Source: the human T2T-CHM13v2.0 reference genome, Homo sapiens. Taken from it: a stretch of DNA of 64,000 nt. The position numbers and the translations under genes are program-made. Shown here piece by piece: positions 38,542-55,618 of the stretch (the stretch's first letter is position 1; every line of letters starts with the position of its first letter). The notes beneath the pieces were generated by a model. That model did no database searches. It was not told the DNA's origin and worked only from the letters and a program-made list of their open reading frames with translations. The stretch is taken from NCBI RefSeq assembly GCF_009914755.1, contig NC_060947.1. One strand, given 5' to 3'.

Positions 38542-38986
38542 AAGAGTGCAGGTATCTCTGTCCAATGGAACAGAATAAACAGAATAGAGAGAACAGAAAT
38601 AAATACACATATTTACACTAAATTGAGCTTTGACAAAGGTGCCAAAAACACATGAAGAAATAATATTCTCTTAGAAATGATGTTAGGAAAACTAGATATC
38701 CACATGCAAAAGAATGAAATTGCACCTTTATCTCACAATGTACACAAAAATCAACTCAAAATGGATTAAAGACTTAAATGGAACTGTTAAACTACTAGAA
38801 GAAAATGTAGTGAAAAAGTTTCTTGACTTTGATCTGGGCAATGACTTATAAAATATGATATGAAAACCACCGGCAACAAAAGCAGAAATAGACAAATGGG
38901 ATGGCATTAAACTAAAAAGTGCCTGCACAGCCAAAGAAGAAATCAACAGAGTAATCTATGGAATGGGAGAAAATATTTGCAAACCA

Positions 38987-40018
38987 AAATTGACAAATGG
39001 GACCTAATTAAAGAGCTTCTGCACAGCAAAAGAAACTATCATCAGAGTGAACAGACAACCTACAGAATGGGAGAAAATTTTTGCAATCTATCTGACAAAG
39101 GTCTAATATGCAGCATCTACAAGGAATGTAAACAAATATACAAGAGAAAAACAAACAGCCCCATTAAAAAGTGTGCAAAGGACATGAACACACACTTCCC
39201 AAAAGAGGACATTTATGCAGCCAACAAACACATGAAAAAAAGCTCAACATCACTGATGATTAGAGAAATGCAAAGCAAAACCACAATGATATACCATCTC
39301 ATGCCAGTCAGAATGGTGATTATTAAAAAGTCAAGAAACAACAGATGCTGGCGAGGCTGTGGAGAAATAGGAATGCTCTTACACTGTTGGTGGGAATGTA
39401 AATTAGTTCAACCATTGTGGAAGACAATGTGGCCATTCCTCAAAGACCTAAAAGCCGAAATACCATTTGACCCAGCAATCCCATTACTGGCTATATACCC
39501 AAAGGAATATAAATCATTCTATTATAATGATACATGCATGGATTATGTTTATTGCAGCATGATTCACAATAGAAAAGACATGGAATCAACCAAAATTCCC
39601 ATCAATAATAGAATGGATAAAGAAAATGTGGTACATATACACCATGGAATATTATGCAGCCATGAAAAGAAATGAGATCATGTCATTTGCAGGGACCTGG
39701 ATGGAGCTGGAAGCCATTATCCTCAGCAAACAAATGCAGGAACAGAAATCCAAACACTGCATGTTCTCACTCATAAGTGGGAGCTAAAGAATGAGAACAC
39801 AAGGACACAGGGAGAGGAACAACATACTGGGTCCTGTCTTTGGGGGTGGGGTGGGGGTAGGGAGAGCATCAGGAAAAATAGCTCATGGATGCTGGGCTTA
39901 AATACCTGGTGACGGGTTGAATACCTAGGTGATGGGTTGATAGGTACAGGAAACCACTATGGCACACGTTTACCTATGTAACAAACCTGCACATGTATTC
40001 TGAAACTTAAAATAAAAT
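38987..40018 (+). mobile_element. 5'-truncated L1PA (older primate subfamily)
   Basis: ORF2 C-terminus ([27 protein letters not shown]) plus 3' UTR. Perfect 19-bp TSD agaaaatatttgcaaacca (38968-38986 / 40019-40037). Confidence 0.95.
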
Positions 40019-41215
40019 AGAAAATATTTGCAAACCATGCATATGGAAAAGGAGTTCATATTAAAAACAAGTAAGGCATTTATAAAACTCAGTAGCAGAA
40101 AACAAACAAATAACCCAGCTAAAAATGGACAGAATACATGAACAGACATTTCTTAAAAGAAGACATAAATGGGCAACAGGTGCATGAAAAGGTTATCAGA
40201 ATCACTAATAATCAGGGAAATGCAAATCAAAACCACAATGAGATACTACCTCACACCTGTTAGAATGGCTATTGTCAAAAATACAAAAGATAACAAGCGT
40301 TGGTGAGGATATGAAGAAAGCGGAACACTAGTACACTGTAAATTGGAATCTAAATTGGTACAGCCAATATAGAAAACAGCATGGAGTTTTCTCAGAGTAT
40401 TAAAAATAGAACTACCCTAGGATCTAGCAATTCAGTCTTCTAAATTTGCCTCTCAGCAGTTTTTAATGGAAGTGATCCCTCCCTTTTCCTTGAAATATTG
40501 CCCATTTGTCTTCCAGAGCATGTTATTCTTTTGTTGTAATCCTTTTCAACTTCCTTTTCTCTTTCTTCCTCTTCTTGCTGCCCTTAAACCTTGGAGTTTC
40601 CCAATGTTCAGTCCTAGGTCCCTTCCTTACAAGCTTGGTAAAAACTCCCATGACTTCAAATATTATCTAATTGCTTACTACACTGAAATGCATATCCTAG
40701 CTTTGAACTCTGTGCTGGACTTCATACTTCAAAAGTATATCCAAATTTTACATTCAGTAATTCTACTTTTATGCTTAACATGAAATTTAAGTTGAGTACG
40801 TCTAAATTTGAACTCTATAAAAAATATTTATCCCAAATCTGCTCCATTCACAATGTCTGTTGAGGGCAATTATTATTTCAGTTTTTCAGGACAAAAACCT
40901 TACTCTTGACTTCTCTCTTTCTTTCACACATCTCATCTAAACCACCATAAAACAGCAAGATGTATCCATTTAGAACTAACTGGGATCACGTCACTCTGCT
41001 TAAATCCTCCAATGCCTGTCTAGTCCACTCTGGATAAAAGCCTACGTCCTTACTTGGTGTGGCACTCTGTTACAGCTCTGACTTCGTCTTTTTCTCCTTC
41101 CTCTTTTTCACTCCACTCTCTCTGTCCTGGCTTCTGTGTTGTTATTGGAACACACCATGTACTCTCCTACCTTGGGAACTTTGCTCAGAGATTTCTTCAG
41201 CTTGGAAGACTTTTT

Positions 41216-42056
41216 TTTTTATATACTTTAAGTTCTAGGGTACATGTGCACAATGTGCAGGTTTGATACATATGTATACATGTGTCATGTTGGTTTGCTG
41301 CACCCATGAAGCCGTCATTTACATTAGGTATTTATTTCTTCTAATGCTATCCCTCCCCAAGCCCCCCACCCCCTGGTGTGTGATGTTCCCCTCCCTGTGT
41401 CCAAGTGTTCTCATTGTTCAATTCCCACCTATGAGTGAAAACATGCAGTGTTTGGTTTTCTGTCCTTGTGATAGTTTGCTGAGAATGATGGTTTCCAGCT
41501 CCATCCATGTCCCTGCAAAGGACATGAACTCATCCATTTTTATGGCTGCATAGTATTCCATGGTGTATATGTGCCACATTTTCTTAATCCAGTCTATCAT
41601 TGATGGACATTTGCATTGGTTCCAAGTCTTTGCTATTGTGAATACTGTTGCAATAAACATATGTGTGCATGTGTCTTTATAGCAGCATGATTTATAATCC
41701 TTTGGGTATACACCCAGTAATGGGATGGCTGGGTCAAATGGTATTTCCAGTTCTAGATCCTTAAGGAATCGCCGCACTGACTTCCACAATGGTTGAACTA
41801 ATTTACACTCCCACCAACAGTGTAAAAGCCTTCCTATTTCTCCACGTACTCTCCAACATCTGTTGTTTGGTGACTTTTTAATGATTGTCATTCTAACTGG
41901 TGGGAGATAGTATCTCACTGTGGTTTAGATTTGCATTTCTCTGATGACCAGTGATGATGAGCATTTTTTCATGTGTCTGTTGGCTGCATAAATGTCTTCT
42001 TTTGAGAAGTGTCTGTTCTTATCCTTTGCCCACTTTTTGATGGGATTGTTTTTTTT
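41216..42056 (-). mobile_element. 5'-truncated L1PA (younger subfamily)
   Basis: tatactttaagttctagggtacatgtgcacaatgtgcaggtttg 3' end. ORF2 C-terminal peptide at 41418-41918(-). TSD gaagacttttt (41205-41215 / 42057-42067). Confidence 0.95.
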
Positions 42057-43084
42057 GAAGACTTTTTATCTCAGGCATCTAGGTAACTTCTTTTCTCACC
42101 TCGTTCCTATCTTTCTGCAAAATTTACCTTTACTACCAGGCCTACCTTGATCACCCCTTTTAATTGCAACTGACTGTCTACACCTGACACATCCATTTGT
42201 TCCCACTGTGCTCTTGTTATTGTTGTTTAATTATACTTAGCACCCTCTAGCATGCTACATAGATTAGTTATTATCTTTATTATTTATTGTCTGGATCTCA
42301 ATAAAAGCCTGAATAAAAGCCTCATGAGATGAGGGTTTTGTCTGCTTCGTTTACTAATAGATCCACATCTCCTAGAATAGCCTGGATATTTAGCATGTGG
42401 TCAGTAAATTTGTTAAATGTACAATATTTACTAAATGCCAAATTTACACAGATTGAGAATTTGACTTTTGACCCCTAAACAATTGACTATTTTGCCCTCT
42501 AAAACAGCGCACAGGAAAATCTTGCTCTAAATTTCTTATTATAGTCTCTGGGCAGGGAGTATATGTAGCTTTTCTTACATATAAGGATCACATGCATTTT
42601 GTCTGAACTTTTCATTTATTATGATGTTTATACTTTTATCCCAGCCTACCCTGTTATATTTAAGGTAAACAGTAATGTTTTCCTAACTGTGAACCATGAT
42701 CAATATACATTCCTGCCTTCATGAATATAATTTTGACATTTCATCCAGTAATCTTTAGTCATGGTCAACAAAGTCAGGAAGGATTGAATTGAACACTATT
42801 CAAACAGTTTTCTTCGATTGCTGAGATTGTCAGAGACAATTAAACCTCAAATGACTCTAAACCCAAGGGCCTTTGAAAATCCCTTCTGAGTCGATATGTA
42901 ACATCTCATATTTTTTTATTCTGCTTCTGCAATTGATTTTATGCAGTCAAGTTTCCTGTGAGTTGAAAGCTCACACCTAACTGAAAATGATCCACACATA
43001 AGAATCTTGGGCTTTGTTCAAAATGTGCCAAGAGAACTTAGAATTTGAGTTGCGATACTAGAAACAATTTAACTCATTATCCTC

Positions 43085-43407
43085 TTTTTCTGTTTTTTTT
43101 TTGTTTTGTTTTTTTGTTTTTTTGAGACGGAGTCTCTCTCTGTCGCCCAGGCTGGGAGTGCAGTGGCGCAACCTTGGCTCACTGAAAGCTCCGCCTCCTG
43201 GGTTCATGCCATTCTCCTGCCTCAGCCTCCCCAGTAGCTGGGACTACAGGTGCCCGCCACCACTCCCGTCTAATTTTTGTATTTTTTTTAGTAGAGACAC
43301 GGTTTCCCCATATTAGCCAGGATGGTCTCGATCTCCTGACCTCGTTGTCCACCCGCCTCAGCCTCCCAAAGTGCTGGGATTACAGGCGTGAGCCACCGCA
43401 CCCGGCC
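43085..43407 (-). mobile_element. AluY
   Basis: aagctccgcc, ttcatgccattctcc, ttagccaggatggtctcgatctcc. Confidence 0.95.
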
Positions 43408-43841
43408 CAATAGATGTTACTGAGAATCGGCTAGTGCTTGGCTCCACTGGAACTGAGGGGGAGGGGTACAGCTTTTCCACTGTTCCATTTGTTTGGCTGG
43501 AGTAGGGCAGCCATTGCTAAAATAGATTTCTATTATTAAGCACCCATTTTCCAGATCTTCGGCTACAGAAAACAAGTTTATTTTTTCTGTGACTTTTGGT
43601 GATTTGGGGTTGGAGATTCTGTAGTATGCTGTTTGTGACATATCGAAGTGATAAGAAAACACAGGAAACTCATTGTTATGTCGTTCTTCAAGTCCAAAGG
43701 TGCCTAGGCAACCCAACTTCTTTCTGCCGGCCAGAGTCTTCTTATGCTTGTTTATCTGTTGTGTTATATTTAGGGCTGTAGTTATAAGAGGGAGGACCTG
43801 GAAGGAGAGGCTTCTCCATCTTAGATGAAACTAGAAATCTC
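43408..43841 (-). mobile_element. Old L1M 5'-end fragment
   Basis: Ends ctccatcttagatgaaactagaaatctc (antisense L1 5' start). caggaaactcattgttatgtcgttcttcaagtcc. Confidence 0.6.
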
Positions 43842-44911
43842 CTGCTCTGCTATGTTCTTTAAGTGTAAACAATTAAGGGTCACCAGGCAGAGTAGGGGTT
43901 GATTGTTTTATATTAAACCTTTCCAATTTCTATAAATCAAATAAAATAGGCTTACATGTGTCAGGATTAGATTAAGTTTTTGATGGCCCTCTTTCCATTC
44001 CTACACAGTCAGCAAAAATGGGAACAAAATAAAGATCAGATTATTTTCACACTCCATTGCTTTTTCCTTTTAATTTCTTCCTTAAATAATAATGCCCACC
44101 CAGAGATCCTAACTGTGCTAAACACCTAGACTTGTTATTTTGCTACTTTGTGCATCCAAGGGGATTCAACTTGCTTTGAGGCACAAATAAATACCTGTCT
44201 GTGCTTTTGTTTTAAATCCCCATCTATGCAACATTTCAAGTCTCACATTTGCTCTTTATGCAGTTTCATTCCAGCTTACTGCTGCCAAATTATTTAGGAA
44301 TTTAAAAAATAATAATGTTTTCAGTTATTTAAAGTTAAGTACCCCCGTTATCCACAAGACCCTTGAAACCTGCAAATAATAGACCACTATGAGATGGAAG
44401 GTGCTTCCTGTGAAGAGTTACTATGTATTAACCCTTTTTCTTAGTCCTGGATATTGCAGTCTCTGAACCCTGAGGGCCCAAAAGCATGGCACTTTCCTTG
44501 TCTCCCACTATCTTGATCTTAATAGTGACTGAAATGAGTAAGGAACAACTCTGAGAGCCAATCTTGTGGCCCCCAGGTTCCAAAAGTGCTGTCGGCATCT
44601 GTGGGGTTATGTGAAATGACAGTAAAGGTAGCTCAGTCACATCTGAGTAGAAAACAAACTCCTCGCTTTTTCTTCCATTTCTGTATATTGCCTTTGCTTA
44701 CACCCCTCCAAATCCAACATGACTTATTTTCCTCACAAATTTGGTAATATTTTCAAGTGCTCAGCCCCAAAAGGTGCCAGCAATTAATGATAGGGTTTCA
44801 TAGAAATGATTCTTTAGCTCCTGCTCCCCAGTTCATGTGCTCTGCTCCCTAAGAATAACTTAGAGTGGCCAAAATTTTATAATACTGTGAATGTGTAACA
44901 TGATTTTGTGA

Positions 44912-45309
<398 letters not shown>

Positions 45310-45734
45310 TTACCAATAAATAGCTATACTAAGAGCTTAAGTATACATTTCTTCAATGTGCTTCATATAAAATTATAAGTCACCAATCTGTATCTAATAG
45401 AATGCATAATTATAAAAAACAAGTGCATAAACCCAATTCATCAAAGCTTAATAGTAAAATCCAGACACCAATGCCTTTTGTAATGAAAAACCTGTAATAC
45501 TTTCCTATGTATGAACCAATATTTACATTTTAGAACTATATTTGGAGTTGAAAATGAACCCTCATCCATATATACAAAGACTCCATTAATAAAGACACAA
45601 CTGTTTGTGTCTTTACACAAACAGTTATAAAGACAAACTGCTAACATAGCAGTTTGTAGAGTCAAACGCTGAAGAGTAGTTTCTCAGAGACCACATTCCC
45701 TTACCTAAGTTGTGTGTATCAGAGTCACCCTGGA

Positions 45735-45890
45735 AGGCTGAATAGACAGGGCCCAAGAGGTCATATAATCCAGACCTCATTTGCAGATGAGGAAACTGTG
45801 CTTAGAGAAGGTAACTGGCTTGGCCAAGGTCACGAAACCAGTTAATCTTGAACTAAAATCAATATCTCTTCTGTTTTAGACCAATGCTAT
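45735..45890 (-). mobile_element. MIR
   Basis: ctcatttgcagatgaggaaactgtgcttagagaaggtaactggcttggccaaggtcac. Confidence 0.8.
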
Positions 45891-45902
45891 TTTCATTATA
45901 TG

Positions 45903-46078
45903 AGTGGTACTCACATTTTAGTGGTACATCAGAATCACCAGGAAGACACGTTAAAATGCAGACCACCGGCTGCTGCCACCCTCAAAGTTTCTAATTCAGT
46001 TGATCTGGAGTGGAACCCAGGAATTTACCTTTCAAACCGATCCCATAGTCTTGGGCACAATTCATTGAGAACCACTAC
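45903..46078. mobile_element. MER5A
   Basis: agtggtactca...catcagaatcacc...agtttctaattcagttgatctgg...ttgagaaccact. Confidence 0.75.
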
Positions 46079-46084
46079 ATTGCA

Positions 46085-47342
<1,258 letters not shown>

Positions 47343-47589
47343 TGCTTTACTTTTAAAGAAGTTTTTTTTTTTTCTTTTTTTTAAATTTTATATTTTGGAG
47401 AATTTCAAGAATATAGAAAAGTACACACAAGAGTAAAAGGAATCCTCATAAATGTGTCAAGCACCAACAACTGTCTAACAATGGCCAATTTAAAGGACTT
47501 AACATATTTATTTTTTTCACCACTTTTCTCTGAGAGACGAGTATCCTAATATATTCCAAATATCTGATAAGAAAATGTTTGGTATTATT

Positions 47590-47765
47590 ATTCTAGTAAT
47601 TTTTATTCTGTAATGTTATTTAATGTAAACTTCTTTACAACTTCAAGAAAAGTGGGGGAACAGTGGTTACTGGCTTCCATATTACAACGAAGCAAATGGA
47701 GTCTGAGATGGTTATTAAAAGACGCATCAAAAACCCAAACTGAAGTCTGACTCCAGAACTCACCT
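47590..47765 (-). mobile_element. MIR
   Basis: ttccatattacaacgaagcaaatggagtctgagatggtta...aaacccaaactgaagtctgactccagaactc. Confidence 0.55.
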
Positions 47766-48744
47766 TGCAAAGTGTCATCATTCAATTGCTCCAATTAAAG
47801 TCAAATTTATCTGATTTTAAGGAAAAAGCATATTACTGAAATATTTGTATATGTGTAGCCAGTAATGGTGACATACCAATAGCACTTGTGGACAAATGTT
47901 AAGTGCCTGGTTGCCCAGGATGATTCTAACCTCTTGATGGAGTGCAGGATTACTGCATTTTTAGTCCAACATCCAACATGGTTCATTGCTATCAAGATTT
48001 CGACACCACTATCCACCTTACTTTTTATGCCAGAGTATGGAGTTTTCCCCTCATTTAGGGCCTTATTCTTGCAGAGACTCTACCTTGCTTTCAGAAATGT
48101 GGATAGTCTTTGTCATTTATGTGCCTCCAACAAATTATGAGGTTTAACGAACTATTAAGAGCTTTTTATATGCATGCTTATTTATAGTAGTACATGTCTC
48201 TAAATGGTTTGCTGTACTATAACATATTCATATACATTATGAGTAATTCACATGAAGTTATGATCTGATACCCCAAAACATAAAATATTAAACATTTATG
48301 TGTACCAAATAAAATGCCACTCAACATATCTTATGAAATCTCATTCTAAACCTCTAACCCTTACACTGTTCTAACAGTTGTCATAGTTTAAGACATAATT
48401 GCTTTAGTTAGTATGATAATGTGTTTCTATGATTATTTGTGACAGACATCATACTCTAGACTTGATTAGCATAGAATAAAAAACAAAACATTGGAGAAGC
48501 TCTACTTGAGATGAAGCTCAGCAGTTATAGTACTTTCTCACTGCTGACCTGTGGCTTTTAAAAATGGGATTCTGGTTTCTTTCTTTCACGTTTATTAATT
48601 TGGGATAATAATGAATGGTTTTAGTGAAGTTTGTGAGTTGACAGCTATTTTATCTAAGATCCATGAAGAAAAGTAAGAATATTTACTTTATTATACTTTT
48701 TATATTAAAAGTTGTGCATGCAATCCAGATTGTTAATTAATATA

Positions 48745-49392
48745 TAAAATGGTGTTTAACATTATTAGTCATCAGGATTGCAAGTTCAAACCTTAGTAGG
48801 AGATTACTGTACCACCAACAGGATAGTTAAAATTAAAAGAACTGCCAATGTCAAGTGTTGGCAAGGATTTAGAGTGACTGGAACTCTTGCACGTTGTTGG
48901 CTAGGGGTAAATTGGTAAAAAACACTTTGGAAAACTGTTTGCTGGCAACTAGTATAGCTAAAAAACACTCTAGGATTCAGTAATTCCACACTTGGCTATA
49001 TATACAAGAGAAATGCATACACATATGCACCAAAATACATGGAAAAAAACCTCATAATGTGAATGGATAAATATATGTTATGTATTCATACAATGGGATA
49101 TAACTCAGCAATAATAGTTTTATGATTTCTGAAAATACATGGATGAATTTCACATAAATAAAATTGAGCAAAAGAAGGCCAAGCACAAAAGAGGACAAAC
49201 TATAATTCCATTCATATTGAGTTCAAAAACAAACAAAACTTTTGGAGTATATAAACTAGGAGTGGGCACAGGAGAGCTTTCCTGGGTGCTGGATATGTAT
49301 CTTGATTTTGGTGCTAATTTCATAGATGTAAACATTTATCAAGCTTTCTTAAGATTCATTTACTTACTAAAATATATACACTTAAAATAATT
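48745..49392 (+). mobile_element. L1ME-type 3' fragment
   Basis: attagtcatcagg...caagtgttggcaaggat...ggaactct...cactttggaaaactgtttg; atacatggatgaatttcac. Confidence 0.75.
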
Positions 49393-49728
49393 GAAATAAG
49401 AATCTGTATAACCAACATTGTCAAAATGCCCCGTTAAAGCAACTTCCGCACTGGCTGATTCAAAGTGTTTGACTTTAGTCCCAGAGAATGAAAGCTTTTC
49501 TGAGTCACCAGATCATGTTCCTGTAGGTTCTACTTGGATAATACATTTTAAATGCTGTGTTCAGGAGTAACTGATGCTTAAATATAGATTTAGTGTCATC
49601 ACTTTTTATTATAAAATGCTAAATGGAAGTAGAAACATCTCATGACCCACATTTTCAGTTTAATAGTCCTAAACCATCATTTTCTATCCTAAACATATAA
49701 GTCAATAACTTAAAAACAATTAACAGTC

Positions 49729-49753
49729 TATATATATATATATATATATATAT
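49729..49753. repeat. (TA)n microsatellite
   Basis: Direct reading. Confidence 0.9.
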
Positions 49754-51224
49754 CTTGTATATATTATATATCATCATAACTTACACAACTCCTCAAAAGC
49801 AATAATTTAAATAAGTACTAGATTTATGCATTATTGAAAGAACTTTGGTTAAGAAAATATTCCAAATTTTTCATGAGATTTGAGAAAGTAAATGTCATAT
49901 ACATGTCAGTTCATTTTTTCATATACATGTTTTTTTACACATATTCTATCAGTGTTTCAAAATATAATATGCAGACCCAGAAGAAAGGTACAGACCCCAT
50001 TTTTAAACCATACTCTGGACAGGACTATTTTCTACTAGGAATGGACTACCCTATGAAGGCAAACAAGACAGGAAGGCACTCTGGATCCTGAAGCGATTCT
50101 GTCCACCAAAACATCTTCTGAGGTGTTGTATTTTGCTTTTGCTAAAGTTTTGCACAGACCTCTGTGAGTGGTTGTCCCAGATACAAAATCACACAGGAAA
50201 TTAATTCCTAAGGATGAAGCTGAAGTCACAGGCTTTAGTTATCTTTGGAAACCTCAGAATGCTTTTTCAGCACTGGCTTTCCGATCTTTGAAATGGAGCA
50301 AATCCTTGTTCCCTGAAAATGACTTTTGTATTAGAAGACATTCTTGAATATACTTTTTCTTTGGAGGAGTGTCTGTTCCTTACATGAAAACCTTGACATA
50401 TTTTTGAGTGTGTCAGTGCTCCAATTAAAACATAGTGTCACAAGCCAGGTGCCACTGTCAATATTGCGATGGCTGAAGTAAGGTAAAATATAAAAGAAAT
50501 TTCATGACAGTAGAAGTGGTAGAGCCAGAAAGTGAATTGAATTCATTTAGAATTAATCTTTTATGGATCAGGGAATTTTTTCAGAGTTTCTTAAAAAGGA
50601 GTTAGCATTCAATTAGCAACAAACTCTAATCTGTGTCAGCAATAAGACACTCTTTAGCAATTTATTTCAGTGCAAAAGGTCACTGCAGAGAAAATGCAAT
50701 TATTGAATATCTAAGAGAGAAATAAATATTGAGGCAGAATTAGGATTTTTTAATAGAATTATGGATATTAGACTTGATTCTAAACTTTATTTAATCAAAG
50801 CACTAGATTATTACTTTGGTGAGTAAGCTTATAATCAGGAACAATGAAATTATTTTTTGAGAACATTAGAGCTAACATATTTTTGCAAAGTTGTAGCAAT
50901 GATTTAAGTATAGTTGCTTGGAGCTATTGTACAAAGATAATGATAGACGCTGGATGTGGTTTCCTAAACCCATGTGTGGGACAGGATCACTACCAAACAT
51001 GAAGCGAGGCCTGGCCTCAAATGCTGGGAAATCTTTGAGAGGCCATTATTCAGAAGTTCATCACTTCAGAGGGTCCTTCACCTTGACTGCATTGGGTTTA
51101 TTCTCAGACCCCTACACATCAGAATTTCTCTTGGGTAGTCAAGGAGAGCAGCATATAGTAGAAAACTCCCAAAGATGTCTGTGAATCAGGACTTCAATGG
51201 AGACAAAGCTACCATTTCAAATTG

Positions 51225-52830
<1,606 letters not shown>

Positions 52831-52971
52831 GTTTTAAAATACCTTAAAATAATATTAATACATGTGTTTTTAAGTGTAACAGATATTATGGGCAGAAATA
52901 TTACAAATGAGTAATACCAAGATTCTCTTAGCTGAAAATACTATAAATCTCTACTAAAAAGTATGTCTCTC

Positions 52972-53400
<429 letters not shown>

Positions 53401-53442
53401 CTATATTTCTTACCCATATTCCAATATTGTCATGTTGCTTCT

Positions 53443-53815
53443 TGATATGGTTTGGATTTGTGTTCCCACACAAATCTCATGTAAAATTGTAATCCCCAAA
53501 TTTGGAGGAGGAACCTGGTAGGAAGTGATTGGATCATGGGGGTGGATTTCCCCCTTGCTGTTCTCGTCATAGTGAGTTCTCACAGGATCTGCTTATATAA
53601 AAGTGTGTAGAACCTCCCACTTTGCTCTCTTCCTCCTGCTCTGGCCATGTGAGACATGCCTGCTTCCCTTCCACCAAGATTGAAAGTTTCCTGAGGCCTC
53701 CCCAGACATCCTTCCTGTATAGCCTGCAGCACTGTGAGCCAATTAAACCTCTTTTCTTTATAAATTACCCTCTTTCCCATATTGCTTTATAGCAGTACAA
53801 GAACAGACTAATACA
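53443..53815 (+). mobile_element. MSTA-like solo LTR
   Basis: tgatatggtttggatttgtg ... gagccaattaaacctcttttctttataaattaccc ... gactaataca. Flanks cttct / cctct. Confidence 0.9.
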
Positions 53816-53927
53816 CCTCTTGAACCACATCCAGAAGAAACTTCATCTGGTAAACTGACACAGAGTAAAGAATTAGTGCCTAAACTTTAAGTATAAAGGA
53901 GAAATGTAGCATAAGAATCCAGGTATA

Positions 53928-55618
53928 GAGGAGGGTGGAGCAAGATATTAGACTAGAAAACTCTGTCAATTGTACATCCCACAAGGACACAAATTTAAAT
54001 AAATGTATACACACACACACACACACAAACACCTTCATGAGAATAAAAAATCAGGTGATCCCTCATAGTACCTGGTGTTAACTTTGTATCAATTGAAGTG
54101 GTACTAAAGAGGTACGAAAAAGTCTTGAATCACCATCACCATCCCTCTCCCATCCCCAAGCAGCTGCAAAACAGAGAGCTTCTCTAGGTTTGGGGGAAGG
54201 AGAATGCAGCAATTATGAGGCATTGAACTCAGTGCAAGGAGGGAGCCTTTAAACCAGCCTTAGCCAGAGGGGAATCACTAATCCTAGCAGTCAGCACTTG
54301 AGTTCCCTTAAACCCTGTCATCAAGGGCTACAGTGCTCTGTGTCTCTAAGTAAACTTGAAAGGCAGTCTAGATCATAAGGAATACAACTGCTTCCCTTTC
54401 ATCTTCCACCATGATTGCAAATTTCCTGAGGACTTTCAGAAGCAGAAGCCATTATGTTTCCTGTACAGCCTGCAGAAGCATCAGACAATTAAACCTCTCT
54501 TCTTTATAAATCACCCAATCTCAGGTACTTTGTTACAGCCCTGTGAAAATGGACTAATACATCACACAATGGGATAAAATATTTGCTAACTACCCATCTA
54601 ACAAGGGATTAATAGCCAGAATATATAAGGGGCTCAAACAACTCAATAGGAAAAAATATAATAATCCAATGAATAAATATTTGAATAGACATTTCTCCAA
54701 AGAAGACATACGAATGGCAAACAGGCATATGAAAAGATGCTCAACATCACTGATCTTCAGAGAAATGCAAATCAAAACGACAATGCGATATCATCTCACC
54801 CCAGTTAAAATGCCTTAGACCCAATAGACAAGCAATAACAAATGCTGTCGAGGATGTGGAGAAACAGAACCATTAAATGATGTTGGTGGGAATGTGAATT
54901 AGCACAACTATTATGGAAAACAGTTTGGAGGTTCCTCAAAAACCTCAAAATAGAGCTACTATATGATTCAGCAACCCCACTGCTAGGCATATACCCAAAA
55001 GAAAGGAAATCAGAATATCAAAGAGCTATCTAAACTTCCATGTTTATTGCAGCATTACTCACAATACCCAAGATTTAGAAATAACCTAACTGTCCATCCA
55101 CAGATTAATTAACAAATAAAATGTGGCACATATACACAATGGTGTTCTTTTCAGCCATAAAAAAGTAATGAGATTCTGTCATCTGCAACAGCATGGATGA
55201 ACTGGAGATTATTATGTTAACTGAAATAATCTAGGCACTGAAAGACAAATATTGTGTGTTTTCACTTATTTGTGGAATCTAAACATGAAAACAATTGAAC
55301 GCATGGCAATAGAGTAGAAAGATGTTAACAGAGGCTGAGAAGGGTAGTGGCAGCATGGGGGTGGGAGGGTAGGGAGGATGGTTAATGGGTACAAAAAAAA
55401 ATTTACAGTGAATGAATAAGACCTACTATTTGATAGCACAACAGGGTGACTATAGTCATAATAATTGAATTTTGTGTAATAAAAAAGATAAATGCTTGAG
55501 TGAATGGATACCTCATTCTCCATGATGTGATTATTTCATATTGTATTCTTGTATTAAAACATCTCATGTATCCCATAAATATATACACGTACTATGTACC
55601 CACAAAAGTTAAAAAAAA
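53928..55618 (+). mobile_element. L1MA1/2-like element with both ends but a multi-kb internal deletion
   Basis: 5' start gagggtggagcaagat (53928-54387). ORF2 end and 3' UTR 54562-55618 (catctcatgtatcccataaatatatacac...gtacccacaaaagttaaaa). Confidence 0.8.
54388..54561 (+). mobile_element. 3' half of an MST LTR
   Basis: ctgcttccctttcatcttccaccatgattg...cagaagcagaagcc...aatggactaataca. Confidence 0.85.

Larger units (their letters stand above)
37624..40432 (-). mobile_element. L1MA with 5' inversion: 3' part on minus (37624-38560), inverted part on plus (38561-40432)
   Basis: Antisense L1MA 3' UTR up to gagtgcagatatctct, then sense ORF2 from ccaatggaacagaata to gaactaccctaggatctagcaattc. Confidence 0.8.

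Noticed and set aside
38977-39675. 232-aa ORF, longest in the track
   Set aside because: Frameshifted L1 ORF2 C-terminus from a 5'-truncated L1PA with a non-ATG start. Not a gene.
39840-39865. G-quadruplex-like G runs
   Set aside because: Normal G-rich tract of the L1PA 3' UTR.
41418-41918. 166-aa ORF
   Set aside because: L1 ORF2 C-terminal remnant of a truncated copy.
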